DNA from: Spirochaetia bacterium
GTDB taxonomy: Bacteria > Spirochaetota > Spirochaetia > DSM-2461
NCBI GenBank assembly: GCA_963666985.2
Contig: CAXXIA010000001.1
Coordinates: 1,216,001-1,280,000, forward strand
Length of the DNA: 64,000 nt
Direction: 5' to 3'
The notes beneath the pieces were generated by a model. That model worked only from the letters and a program-made list of their open reading frames with translations. It did not search any database and was not told the origin of the DNA. A program made the translations under genes and the position numbers. Below, in pieces: positions 39,280 to 49,350 of this stretch; the first letter of the stretch is position 1, and every line of letters begins with the position of its first letter.

Positions 39280-40653
39280 TTATTCATCCGCTTCACCGTC
39301 CGAAACCCATCGGCCTTCATAACTTCGTGTTTCCAAAGGTCGCAGGATTGTCGGGATTTTTTCTCCGGCATCCGCCATTCTCTTTTTCAGACGGAATTCC
39401 ATTTTTTGTACAACCTTCGCATACTGCGGAACCGCGATAAGATTCTCCAGTTCCCATGGGTCTGCATAGAGATCGTAGAGATAGGAATCACGGTATTCCT
39501 CTGCCGATTTATCGTTATAAGGATCGCCGGAAGTCGCGACGACACCATATTTCCATCGGTGCGTTCGAACGGCCCGTCCTATCTGAGATTCACTGATTTG
39601 AATGAACACATCGTCGGCCCAGTCATCGGATGATCCGCTGAGAACAGGCATATAAGATTCGCCTTCCATGGATTCGGGAACATCAAGTCCGGCCGCATCC
39701 AGAAGAGTTGCGGGAAGATTTACAAGACTCATCATGTTCTTCACGCAGCCGCCGCCGAAAAAACCGGGACCGGTAACGGCCATGGGAATGCGTATGGAAC
39801 TGTCGTGACCGGACCGCTTGTACTCCTCATTCCGGGTTTTAAAATGACACCCATGATCGCTGGAATAAGCAATAATCGTTTTATTATCCAGCCCGAGACT
39901 TTTAACCGCATCCAGCATTCTTCCGAAAGCCTCGTCGATTCTTTTGACCATACCGAAATATCCCCCGATTTGCTGATGCGCCGTACCGCCCAACGCGGCC
40001 AGATCGGGAGGCATCCATCTGCCGGTAAATTCTTCCGCGCAGCCTGTGGGCGCCGGGTAATGATCGCGGGTATTCTGAAAATGAGGCTCCAGCAAAGAAA
40101 CCATGAGAAAAAACGGTTTCTCTTTGTTCTTGTCGATAAAACGGATTCCCGCATCGACGGTCGCGTCGACACGATATCCGGGAAGCGATACGGGCTTGTC
40201 ATTATTATCGAATAAAACCGTATTGTATTCCTCGGAACAGAATTCCACGAGATCGGCGGCAAGCCAGTATTGATATCCGCCCCGACGATGAGCCGGTACG
40301 GGATGTTGTGGTTCCCCTTCCATGTTCGGTTTAATACCGCCCAAATGCCACTTGCCGATATAACCGGTTTGATAACCGGCCTCGTTAAATGATTTCGCCA
40401 GAGTATGACTGCCTTCCGGAAGGCCGATATGGTTGATGTGTACTCCCGTATTGGTTGCATAACGGCCGGTCTGCAGACAGGATCGGGCCGGACCGCAGAC
40501 CGGCTGACATGTAAACGCATTTTGGAAATGGGTTCCTTCGCGTGCCATTCGGTCGTACACAGGTGTTACATTCAGGGGATTTCCATAAAAAGAGGAGGTA
40601 TCCCAACGCTGCTGATCGGTCAAAAAGATTATGACGTTCGGTTTATGAGACAT
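39280..40653 (-). CDS. Cys-type sulfatase
   Basis: Start MSHKPNVII..TDQQR at 40653; CGPARS (CxPxR), GYIGKWHL, SDHG. No signal peptide. Confidence 0.93.
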   Translation of the reverse strand: MSHKPNVIIFLTDQQRWDTSSFYGNPLNVTPVYDRMAREGTHFQNAFTCQPVCGPARSCLQTGRYATNTGVHINHIGLPEGSHTLAKSFNEAGYQTGYIGKWHLGGIKPNMEGEPQHPVPAHRRGGYQYWLAADLVEFCSEEYNTVLFDNNDKPVSLPGYRVDATVDAGIRFIDKNKEKPFFLMVSLLEPHFQNTRDHYPAPTGCAEEFTGRWMPPDLAALGGTAHQQIGGYFGMVKRIDEAFGRMLDAVKSLGLDNKTIIAYSSDHGCHFKTRNEEYKRSGHDSSIRIPMAVTGPGFFGGGCVKNMMSLVNLPATLLDAAGLDVPESMEGESYMPVLSGSSDDWADDVFIQISESQIGRAVRTHRWKYGVVATSGDPYNDKSAEEYRDSYLYDLYADPWELENLIAVPQYAKVVQKMEFRLKKRMADAGEKIPTILRPLETRSYEGRWVSDGEADE

Positions 40654-40678
40654 GGTAGTTCCTTTCAATTTGTATAAA

Positions 40679-41509
40679 TCAGCCTTTAACGGAACCGGAG
40701 GTAATTCCGCCGACGATATATTTCTGGGTAAAAATGCAGAGAATGATTCCGGGAACGGCACCGAGTGTCGCCGCGGCGGTCATTTCTCCGTATTGAACAC
40801 TGTAAGATTGTATGAATCCGGCGATTTTAACATTCAGAGTCATCGATGCCGGTGTGGAGGTAAGACTGAGTCCTATGAGAAATTCCTTCCATGCAAAAAT
40901 AAAGCTGAAAAGAGAACCGGTCAGCAGTATGGGGATTGTTAACGGAAGGATTATTTTTCTGAATATGGTAAATCTCGACGCTCCGTCGATCAAACCCGAT
41001 TCTTCAAGTTCCGTCGGAATCTGTTTGTAATAAGCCGACATGAGAAAATAAACAAAAGGAATGTTGAATAACGAATAAACAAGGATTACATAGAGTTTTG
41101 TATCTATCATTCCCAAATTCAATCCGATCATATACAGCGGAATAACGATTGTAATCGCGGGAATAATTTCCAAAGAAAGTAAAACAGTCGAAAGGACTCC
41201 CGAAACGCCTTTTCTCCACGGCATTTTCGTAAGGGAATACGCACCTAACGACGCGAGAATCGTGCAGAGAAACATGGAAAAAACACTGATGATGAGGGAA
41301 TTCCCAAACATCTTTAAAAAATCCGGATTTTCGATAAAAAGAGAACGGTAGTTATCAAGATTCGGCACGAAGCGCAAGGCTGATGTCACGATGTCCTTGA
41401 AATATTTAAAAGACGTTACAACAAGCCACAAAATCGGAATGATCATAATGACAACCGCCAGCCCAAGAATAATATGTGAAAAAATCCGGGAACCTTGGGA
41501 TCGATTCAT
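40679..41509 (-). CDS. Carbohydrate ABC transporter permease (MalG-like)
   Basis: EAA loop ELEESGLIDGAS; C-terminal GSVKG. Confidence 0.93.
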   Translation of the reverse strand: MNRSQGSRIFSHIILGLAVVIMIIPILWLVVTSFKYFKDIVTSALRFVPNLDNYRSLFIENPDFLKMFGNSLIISVFSMFLCTILASLGAYSLTKMPWRKGVSGVLSTVLLSLEIIPAITIVIPLYMIGLNLGMIDTKLYVILVYSLFNIPFVYFLMSAYYKQIPTELEESGLIDGASRFTIFRKIILPLTIPILLTGSLFSFIFAWKEFLIGLSLTSTPASMTLNVKIAGFIQSYSVQYGEMTAAATLGAVPGIILCIFTQKYIVGGITSGSVKG

Positions 41510-42396
41510 GACGCATCACTCCTTCTGTTCACGACATACTGCAGAACAAAAAACAGAACCAGAATGACGAAAATCGTTATCAGAGACAGAGCGCTTCCAT
41601 ACCCCATACGCTGCTGTGTCATAAACACCTTTTGTGTATAAGTATTGATGATTTCCGTGGCATTTCCGGGTCCTCCGCCGGTCAGGACATAAAAAAGATC
41701 AAAACCTTTAAAGGCGTGAATCATTCGAAAAACCAATGCGATAAACAGAATGGGCATAATCAGAGGAATTATAATCTTGAAAAGCATTCCGGTTCGCCCG
41801 CATCCGTCGATTTGTGCGGCTTCGATAATGCTGTCGGGAATGGTTTGAAGTCCCGCATACAGGATCAGCATGTTGTAACCGACCCATTGCCAAACCGTTA
41901 CAATCATTATACCGGCCAAAGCAAATCTCTCATCGGAAAGAATGCTTTGAGGAGGCAGACCCAAAGCCGTCAGTCCTTTGTTTAAAAGCCCGAATTGAGG
42001 ATTAAGAATCAGTTTCCACATGGTTCCGTTGACAACGGGAGGTATAAGAAAGGGAATCAGAAGCACCGTTCTATAGAAAATTGTCATTTTCTTGAGCGAA
42101 TTGATCTTCAGGGACAGAAACAGTCCGAGAGAAACCTCGATAACCACGGAAAAAAACACATATACCAGTGTGTTCCGGAAAGACTGCAGAAATACGGGAT
42201 CGTGCAGAACCTCCCTGTAATTCTTCAATCCGACGAAACTCATTGTCTGCCGTCCGGAGACAATCCTTACATCCGACAGACTCATTTTCGCAAGACCGGC
42301 GAGAGGAAGCATCGCAAGGACAAGAAGAAGGACCAGAAGCGGCAGAAGCGATACATACTTAAAGGCCCGATCCCCTTGTGATAGTTGATTATTCAT
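41506..42396 (-). CDS. Carbohydrate ABC transporter permease (MalF-like)
   Basis: FVGLKNY, EAAQIDG, TGGGPG. Confidence 0.93.
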   Translation of the reverse strand: MNNQLSQGDRAFKYVSLLPLLVLLLVLAMLPLAGLAKMSLSDVRIVSGRQTMSFVGLKNYREVLHDPVFLQSFRNTLVYVFFSVVIEVSLGLFLSLKINSLKKMTIFYRTVLLIPFLIPPVVNGTMWKLILNPQFGLLNKGLTALGLPPQSILSDERFALAGIMIVTVWQWVGYNMLILYAGLQTIPDSIIEAAQIDGCGRTGMLFKIIIPLIMPILFIALVFRMIHAFKGFDLFYVLTGGGPGNATEIINTYTQKVFMTQQRMGYGSALSLITIFVILVLFFVLQYVVNRRSDAS

Positions 42397-42452
42397 ATGA
42401 AACCTCGATGGAGAATGCGGGGATTCCCCGCAAGAAGAAACCCCGCATTCTT

Positions 42453-43766
42453 TTAAAGAAGACCCTCGTCTTTAACTATAGCCGTAATCTCGTCCTGCAT
42501 TATGGCCAGGGCCTCCTTTGGAGTCGTTATTCCGGAGACCACTTCGCTCAAGCGGCTTTCAATAACTTCATCAATTCTGGGCCAACAGGGAATCCGAGGA
42601 TAGGCGACCAGGGCATCTTGCGACATTTTAATCGCATCGAGAAACCGCAGAGAATCCATTCCTTTCGAATCCATGGCATCGGAACGAACCGGCACACCGC
42701 CGTTTTCCGCGAAAAACTGCTGAGATTCTTGCGATGTAAACCACGTAAGAAATTCATAAGCTCTCCGTTTTCTGGCATCATCAATATTGTGAGGAATCCC
42801 CATTGAAAGAACGCCTGTATGAACGGCATGAACCCCGTTCGCGGGTCTCGGCACGACCGTGTAGGCAATTTGTCCCGGAACGGCCGATTTTTTCGGATCA
42901 TCCATCTGAGCATTGGCTCCGGCCACGACAATTGTCTGAAGAAGCTGCCCGCCGGCCAAAAGAGCGATTTGTTCGGATTGACCGACCGTACTGACTCCCG
43001 GAGGAGAATAATTCAAAGCCAAATCGGCATAGAACGTAAGAGCTTCAAGCGCTTCGGGCGTATCCAAGACCACCGTGAAATCGCGTGGAGCATCTTTAAA
43101 GATATCTCCGCCGAATCCTCTTAAGTAAGGATAAAAATCCCATCCCAAAGCCATATGGCCTTTCTGACCGCGTACGGCATAAGGATAGATTCCGGGATTC
43201 CGCTCGGAAATGATCCTGCAGGCGGCTTTCACGTCATCCCAGGTTTCAGGAGCGGATAAGCCGGCTTTGTCGTATAGATCTTTTCGATAGTAGAAAATTT
43301 GTATATTGCCGTTAACGGGCAAAGAATAAGGTTCTCCGGTAACAGACGGATACTGTTTTTCTTCATCCCAGCAGTTCAAACCGTCATACGTTAGAAACGC
43401 GGAGTCCATCGTAAAATTCGGATCAATTTCCCTAAGAGGCGTTACAAGACCATCGGCATAAAATTTGGCGCACATGCTCTCGTTCATCGTGATCAAATCG
43501 AATTCGCTTTCTTTTGAAGTTGTTGCCGAAAGACCGCGTTCGGACATTGTTTTAAACGGAAACGCCCTGATATCCACCGGGATTCCCGTTTGCTCCTCGT
43601 AAGCTTTCGACAATTCCCTAAATGCCGGCAGCCATGGTGATTCATTAATACAGATGATTACGGGCTCGGCCGTTGGTTCGGCCTCGTCCGTTCCGCTGGC
43701 AAATAAGGCCATTGTTCCGATTATCATGATCAAAACGATCATTCCGATGTGCAGAATCCTTTTCAT
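42453..43766 (-). CDS. Carbohydrate ABC transporter solute-binding protein
   Basis: Signal peptide ending LFASG; YYRKDL, PETWD. GGAG SD before ATG 43766. Confidence 0.9.
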   Translation of the reverse strand: MKRILHIGMIVLIMIIGTMALFASGTDEAEPTAEPVIICINESPWLPAFRELSKAYEEQTGIPVDIRAFPFKTMSERGLSATTSKESEFDLITMNESMCAKFYADGLVTPLREIDPNFTMDSAFLTYDGLNCWDEEKQYPSVTGEPYSLPVNGNIQIFYYRKDLYDKAGLSAPETWDDVKAACRIISERNPGIYPYAVRGQKGHMALGWDFYPYLRGFGGDIFKDAPRDFTVVLDTPEALEALTFYADLALNYSPPGVSTVGQSEQIALLAGGQLLQTIVVAGANAQMDDPKKSAVPGQIAYTVVPRPANGVHAVHTGVLSMGIPHNIDDARKRRAYEFLTWFTSQESQQFFAENGGVPVRSDAMDSKGMDSLRFLDAIKMSQDALVAYPRIPCWPRIDEVIESRLSEVVSGITTPKEALAIMQDEITAIVKDEGLL

Positions 43767-43784
43767 AAAGCACTCCTTCAACAT

Positions 43785-43800
43785 TATTTACTCGTGTAAA
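43785..43800. promoter_or_regulatory. LacI-type operator, copy 1 (TATTTACTCGTGTAAA)
   Basis: Near-palindrome with central CG, upstream of the SBP gene; identical to 44819-44834. Confidence 0.75.
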
Positions 43801-43822
43801 CTTTTACACAAATAATTTCCTA

Positions 43823-44803
43823 TTATGCCGATTCTCCTTCGATCAAATCCGATTCCCATTCGGCGTAAGAGGATTTTTTCTTCTGAATTCCATTAAGCAG
43901 CATCTCAATCGCCGACAAACTGATCCGATCGATATGAACATCGACGGTTGTTAACCTGGGCGACATCATTGAGGCAAAACGAATATTGTCGAAACCCGCG
44001 ACCGCCAAATCTTCGGGCACCCTGATATGGCGAGATCTGAGAATATTAAGGATTTCTATTGCAATGGCATCGTTTCCGGAAACGACCGCGGTCATAACTC
44101 CGCCTTTGAGAATCTTATCCAGAATTTTCGCAAGCCCGATTCGATCTTCGACGGTGTTGATGGTAAAAACTTCACATTTTCCGTCATGACTCTCAATAAA
44201 ATTTTTAAATGCTTTAAAACGATAATTGTGCGGATCGTTTATATTGATTCGTGCCGAAGATACAAAGGCGAAGTTTTCGTGTCCCTTGCCCGCTAAATAT
44301 TCCATCAGTTTCGACATACCCTCATAGAGATTGGTATTGATGAGAGACACCTCGGAAGATAAATCCGGATAATCGCTGTTGGGGGTAAGAACAACCGGGA
44401 TTCCCTGACTTACAATTGTATTAATTTCTTTTGATGTAAAAACATCGGAACAAATGAAAATTCCATCCACCTGATACTGAAGAATTAAATTGATACGCTC
44501 GTCGTTGTAGCCCACATCGTTCACGGAAAGCATATAACCGTTGTCATACGCGGCCTGCGTTACCTTAGCGGCCATTTGTGAAAAGAAAGGATTATTGAAG
44601 TCGTTACAGATAAACGCCAATTGATGGGATCTGTTTGTTTTCAGGCTTCGTGCCAAAAGATTCGGCTTATACCCCAAGTCCCGAATAGCCGCCTCAACTT
44701 TCTCCCGTGTTTTTAAGCTGACATAGTTGGAGTTATTTATAACATATGAGACGACAGGTTCGGAGACTCCCGCACGTTTTGCAACATCCTTTCTTGTAAC
44801 CAA
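43823..44803 (-). CDS. LacI family transcriptional regulator
   Basis: TRKDVAKRAGVS..VVSYVIN, YKPN..ARSL, VPEDLAVAGFDN. Confidence 0.95.
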   Translation of the reverse strand: MVTRKDVAKRAGVSEPVVSYVINNSNYVSLKTREKVEAAIRDLGYKPNLLARSLKTNRSHQLAFICNDFNNPFFSQMAAKVTQAAYDNGYMLSVNDVGYNDERINLILQYQVDGIFICSDVFTSKEINTIVSQGIPVVLTPNSDYPDLSSEVSLINTNLYEGMSKLMEYLAGKGHENFAFVSSARININDPHNYRFKAFKNFIESHDGKCEVFTINTVEDRIGLAKILDKILKGGVMTAVVSGNDAIAIEILNILRSRHIRVPEDLAVAGFDNIRFASMMSPRLTTVDVHIDRISLSAIEMLLNGIQKKKSSYAEWESDLIEGESA

Positions 44804-44818
44804 AAAAACTCCGTCGTC

Positions 44819-44872
44819 TATTTACTCGTGTAAATCCATCCCAAGGATATAGTGGCTCCGCTTCGCTGTCAA
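44819..44872 (-). promoter_or_regulatory. lacI promoter TTGACA-17-TATCCT with operator copy 2 just downstream
   Basis: -35 at 44867-44872, -10 at 44844-44849, operator at 44819-44834. Confidence 0.75.
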
Positions 44873-44958
44873 GAAAAACACGGGGGGAACGGAATCATCA
44901 CTCATGAGATCCGGCTTCGAATCCTTTCCCGAATGTCCAACATATTCCATACAGCCGC

Positions 44959-45416
44959 CGATTCCCGGCTTCGCTCACACGGACATCGCAATTCAGAATT
45001 AACGATTGACAGGCTTTATGTAATCTCCGCTACGCGGAGCTCTTCGGCGGCTCAGGGATATCCAAGCAAGCTTGGCTGCTTCACCCGCTCTTCTCGAGCT
45101 TCGGTATAATTTATGGAATCACAAGAATTTATCGAGTCCATTTCCGCTTTTGGCTCACATGGACATCATAAATTCTGAGCAATCTTTCGACTTTAAGCGA
45201 TCTCCGCTGCGCGGAGCTCTTCGGCGGATCAGGGATATCCAAGCAAGCTTGGCTGCCCCACTCGCTCTTCTCGAGCTTCGGTTCAATTCGTGAAATTACA
45301 GAAAGTTACGACGGGATCGTTCCTCACTTCATTGCGGTACGACCCTAAATCCGAGTCCGCTTCCGTTTCACTCTCACGGACATCGTAACTTTCATAATTT
45401 CCCTACGAATTGGACC
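44959..45416. repeat. REP/BIME-like mosaic of palindromic repeats
   Basis: 83-bp direct repeat at 45023-45105 and 45200-45282 (5 mismatches by eye), alternating with three GGACATC-containing units (44981, 45161, 45378). Confidence 0.8.
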
Positions 45417-45420
45417 TTCT

Positions 45421-47058
45421 CTATATCATCAGTCTTTCATGATGGCCGCCGTAGAGTTTGTCCCGAAGGGCGGCGACGTCCACATTCTCCAGGTAATCCT
45501 CGAAAGTCATGCGTCTGTCGATAACACCGCCAGGGGTAAACTCGATAATGCGATTGGCGATGGTGTTGATGAACTGATGGTCGTGGCTGGCGAAAATAAC
45601 GGAACCGGAAAAATCCGTCAGACCGTTATTCAGACTGGTAATGGACTCCAAATCCAGATGCCCGGTCGGATCGTCCAAAATCAAGACATTGGCTCCGCTG
45701 AGCATCATTTTCGAAAGCAGGCAGCGGACCTTCTCCCCACCCGAAAGAACCTTTACCTTCTTGAGCGACTCATCCTGAGTAAAAAGCATCCGCCCTAAAA
45801 ATCCGCGAATATAAGCCTCATCCTGTTCCACCGAATACTGCCGCAGCCAGTCGGTCATGTTCAAATCATTGTCGAAGAAACGTCCGTTGTCCTTCGGAAA
45901 ATAATCGAATTTCGTGGTGACTCCCCATTTGATATCACCGGAATCAGGAGAATCGTCTCCGGCGATGATATTCATAAAGGCCGTTTTGGCGGGGTTATTG
46001 GGTCCGACGAAGCCTATCTTGTCGCCGCCCTGAACACTGAAATCCCATCCCTTAAAGAGAACCTCGCCGTCAAGGGATTTTGACAAACCTTCGACTTCCA
46101 GAACGATCTTTCCCAATTCCCTTTCCGGCGTGAAGCCGCAGAAAGGGAAACGGCGGGAACTTCTGGGCAGGCTGTCCAGATCAAGCTTTTCCAATTCCTT
46201 CATCCGGCTCGTGGCCTGCCGGCTCTTGGCGGCGTTGGCCGCGAAGCGCTGAATAAAGGCCTTGAGTTCCGCGGCCCGAGCCTCGGCTTTTTTCTGCTGA
46301 TCCTTCTGCTGCCGTGCCATAAGCTGGCTGGCCTGCTGCCAGAACGAATAGTTCCCCACGTAAAGGCTTATTTTTCCAAAGTCGATATCGGCGATATGAG
46401 TGCAGACCTTGTTCAAAAAATGCCTGTCATGGCTGACGACGATAACCGTGTTGTTGAATTTTAAAAGAAAATCTTCCAGCCACCTGATGGATTCAATATC
46501 CAAATGGTTCGTCGGCTCGTCCAGAAGAAGAATATCCGGATTGCCGAAGAGAGCTTGAGCGATGAGAACACGAACCTTGAGGTTCTCCTCCATATCGGCC
46601 ATAAGGATATCGTGCATTCCGTCGTCGATGCCCAATCCCGCCAAAAGCGTGGCGGCTTCACTCTCGGCCTCATATCCGCCCATCTCGGCGAACTCACCTT
46701 CAAGCTCCGCGACACGCATTCCCTCTTCGTCGGTCATATCGGCTTTGGAGTAAATCTCCTCACGTTCCTTCATCACCTCATAGAGTTTGTCATGTCCGCG
46801 GATCACCGAATGGAGGACCGTATACGCATCGAACGCATCCCGCTTCTGCGCCAATACGGCCATTCGAAGACCGGCGGGGATATTCACCTGGCCCGTATCG
46901 TAATCCTGCTCGCCCGAGAGAATTTTAAGAAACGTTGATTTCCCGGAACCGTTGGCCCCGATAAGACCGTAGCAGTTCCCGGGTGTGAATTTAATATTGA
47001 CATCCTTAAAAAGAAGTCGCTTCCCGAAGGACAGACTGACGTCAGAGACGCTGAGCAT
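45421..47058 (-). CDS. ABC-F family ATPase (YbiT/YkpA-like)
   Basis: Two NBDs (GANGSGKS, LLLDEPTNHLD, SHDR; LSGGEK) and no TMs. Confidence 0.92.
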   Translation of the reverse strand: MLSVSDVSLSFGKRLLFKDVNIKFTPGNCYGLIGANGSGKSTFLKILSGEQDYDTGQVNIPAGLRMAVLAQKRDAFDAYTVLHSVIRGHDKLYEVMKEREEIYSKADMTDEEGMRVAELEGEFAEMGGYEAESEAATLLAGLGIDDGMHDILMADMEENLKVRVLIAQALFGNPDILLLDEPTNHLDIESIRWLEDFLLKFNNTVIVVSHDRHFLNKVCTHIADIDFGKISLYVGNYSFWQQASQLMARQQKDQQKKAEARAAELKAFIQRFAANAAKSRQATSRMKELEKLDLDSLPRSSRRFPFCGFTPERELGKIVLEVEGLSKSLDGEVLFKGWDFSVQGGDKIGFVGPNNPAKTAFMNIIAGDDSPDSGDIKWGVTTKFDYFPKDNGRFFDNDLNMTDWLRQYSVEQDEAYIRGFLGRMLFTQDESLKKVKVLSGGEKVRCLLSKMMLSGANVLILDDPTGHLDLESITSLNNGLTDFSGSVIFASHDHQFINTIANRIIEFTPGGVIDRRMTFEDYLENVDVAALRDKLYGGHHERLMI

Positions 47059-47235
47059 AATGTTATCTCCTGGTTAACCGAAATAATTTACAAATGATTC
47101 TTTCGTTCCGGCGGCCGATATTGTTTGGCTTCAATAAGACGTTGTGGAATCGGTATTTGAATTATCATGGAGAGGAGCGGGGAGTCAAGGGTAACGGCTG
47201 ATCGGAAGCGGTTGAACGTCTTGTAAAACGGCCTG

Positions 47236-49200
47236 TTAATCCAAGCCGCTGAGATACCCCATCGCCTCGTTTTCGGCATCCCGAACGTACTTCATCAAAT
47301 CCTCGTCCGAAAGAGCCGAAAATTCTCCAATTGTCGATGACGCATCAGAATCCACGTCTTTCTCGTAGCGCACATAGGTGGTCTGATAGAACGCCAGCCG
47401 CTTTTCCGGGTGGATTCCGAAAGAAAGAATCGTTCCCGCTCCTTCACGAAGAAGACACATCTTCTCCCGAAGATCTTCTTCGGATTCCACCGACCAAACG
47501 CCGAGATAGATGGGATTATCGTCGTTGTTCACATCCCCGACGAACTCGCCTCTGAGCATCGTGGACCTCACTCCGCCGAGATAAGGCACGAAATCAAGAT
47601 GCTCGGCCAGTTTTCTGTCCGTGGCCAGGAATCTGCCGTCCGCCGGATTCAATGTAAAGATGATAACATTATCAACCGCTTGGCCGTAACTCTTAAAGAG
47701 TGCGCCGGAATACTCATCCAGGTCGATGCACGAAGACAATTCATTATATCGAATGCAGATACGTCTCGCCATCGTCGAAAGCCATGAATTGAGCGCACGA
47801 TGCTCACCTTTCCATTCGCTCACGCGCCTTTCGAATTCCTCTTCGGAAATATTTCCCTGAAAATAGGCCAGGATTTCACGATAAAGATCTCTGATGTTAT
47901 AATGGCGGCTGAAACGTTCAAGGAGTTCAAATAGAAAGATCTCTTTTTGCCGCAAACGCCATATTTCGGCTATCACGTCGGTTCGACTGGAAGATTCGCT
48001 GATTTCCAACTCCTCCTGCAGTCCCTGAAGAACATGAAATTGTCTTTGAAGAGCCGAAAAACTCTTGGTAAGTCCCGAGGCAGACCGTTCAAAACGAATA
48101 CTCCATTCGGTTCCGACGCCTACCGTGCTTTTTATGCTGAGCATCTCGGGGCCGAAAACGGTCCAAACCTGCATGGTTCCGAAACCCTCGCCTTTACCGT
48201 CGGCTTTTGTCGATTTTCCAATAAAAGCGGGTTTCCCTTCGGAATCGAGCTCCAGAAGTTCGGGCGGTATCCCGGTTCCATTATCCGCGATACGCAGAAC
48301 GACATGCGTCCGCTCTTCATCTTCCAAAGCGATATACAATCGCGGATCTCTGCCTGTTTCCGACATGGCGTCGATGGCGTTCGAGGTAAGGTTTACCAGA
48401 GCGCGGCTGATATTCAGCCAATGCCCCAAAACCGTCGGTTTTGCCGCGGAAAACACGATGGTCAACTCAATGTTCCCCGGCGCCGCTTCCACATAGGGAA
48501 TCAGACGATCTCTGATTAAATCTTTAAGATTCACCTCATGGGCCATGGCCATGGAATCCCTATAGGAATTCAGCATACTCATTAAGGTTGTTGTTTCGCG
48601 GTTGATGTCCTCGATGATTCGGCCGGCGTTTTCCGGAGCCAAAGCATTCACCATGGCCATCAGAGAACTTAAGGTCTTCCGGGCGTCGTGGCGGGTTCGG
48701 CCAATCTCATCCTCGGCGGGAGGTTTGTGTTCGATGGTACCGATGTGTTCCAAAATCTGTGATTTATACGCCGACAATCGGTGATAGACCATATTTCGAT
48801 ACACGATACTCTCTTCGGGGCCGAAACCTTTATGCCCGAAAAAATCAACCGTATCGTGCTGTCTTTCCCAGACATAAAGATAAACAATGGAATCATCGGG
48901 AATATGCTCGGCCAAATAAGCGATGAAGGCCGTTCCGATGCCGCGGCCGCGGCCGTAAGGACTCGTTACGATTTTATAAATAAGATATTCACTTTCATCG
49001 CCGGAGACATAGGTAAGGATATAGCCGAGGATTTCACCTTCCTCAATCCACACATAACTGTGATCGAAATCCTGCCGCATCGTAGGTTCTTTAATATAGG
49101 GAGAGGGAATTATAAAGGTATCGATATTCAAAAGAGGATTTATTTTAATTCGTTCCTCAACCGCCGGTGTGAGGGGGTAAATCGCCTTTGTTTCGGCCAT
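47236..49200 (-). CDS. GNAT acetyltransferase - histidine kinase fusion with an unknown C-terminal domain
   Basis: RGRGIG acyl-CoA motif; HDARK H-box-like; NLTSNAIDA, DNGTGI, STK..G.GFG ATPase boxes. Confidence 0.8.
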   Translation of the reverse strand: MAETKAIYPLTPAVEERIKINPLLNIDTFIIPSPYIKEPTMRQDFDHSYVWIEEGEILGYILTYVSGDESEYLIYKIVTSPYGRGRGIGTAFIAYLAEHIPDDSIVYLYVWERQHDTVDFFGHKGFGPEESIVYRNMVYHRLSAYKSQILEHIGTIEHKPPAEDEIGRTRHDARKTLSSLMAMVNALAPENAGRIIEDINRETTTLMSMLNSYRDSMAMAHEVNLKDLIRDRLIPYVEAAPGNIELTIVFSAAKPTVLGHWLNISRALVNLTSNAIDAMSETGRDPRLYIALEDEERTHVVLRIADNGTGIPPELLELDSEGKPAFIGKSTKADGKGEGFGTMQVWTVFGPEMLSIKSTVGVGTEWSIRFERSASGLTKSFSALQRQFHVLQGLQEELEISESSSRTDVIAEIWRLRQKEIFLFELLERFSRHYNIRDLYREILAYFQGNISEEEFERRVSEWKGEHRALNSWLSTMARRICIRYNELSSCIDLDEYSGALFKSYGQAVDNVIIFTLNPADGRFLATDRKLAEHLDFVPYLGGVRSTMLRGEFVGDVNNDDNPIYLGVWSVESEEDLREKMCLLREGAGTILSFGIHPEKRLAFYQTTYVRYEKDVDSDASSTIGEFSALSDEDLMKYVRDAENEAMGYLSGLD

Positions 49201-49350
49201 GAGGTAAGTCTACCCCGAAGTTGAACACCATGCACGAGCGGATTATTCGATTCCAAATCTTTTATAAACGGATTCGGCCTCGCTAAGTCTTCCTTACGCC
49301 CCGATGGGACTTAAAACCGTCCTCGCTCTTTTATGCAGGTTCATGACACC

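Noticed and set aside
45023..45282. 83-bp repeats as a CRISPR array
   Set aside because: Only two long copies, the intervening sequences are related to each other, and there are no cas genes.
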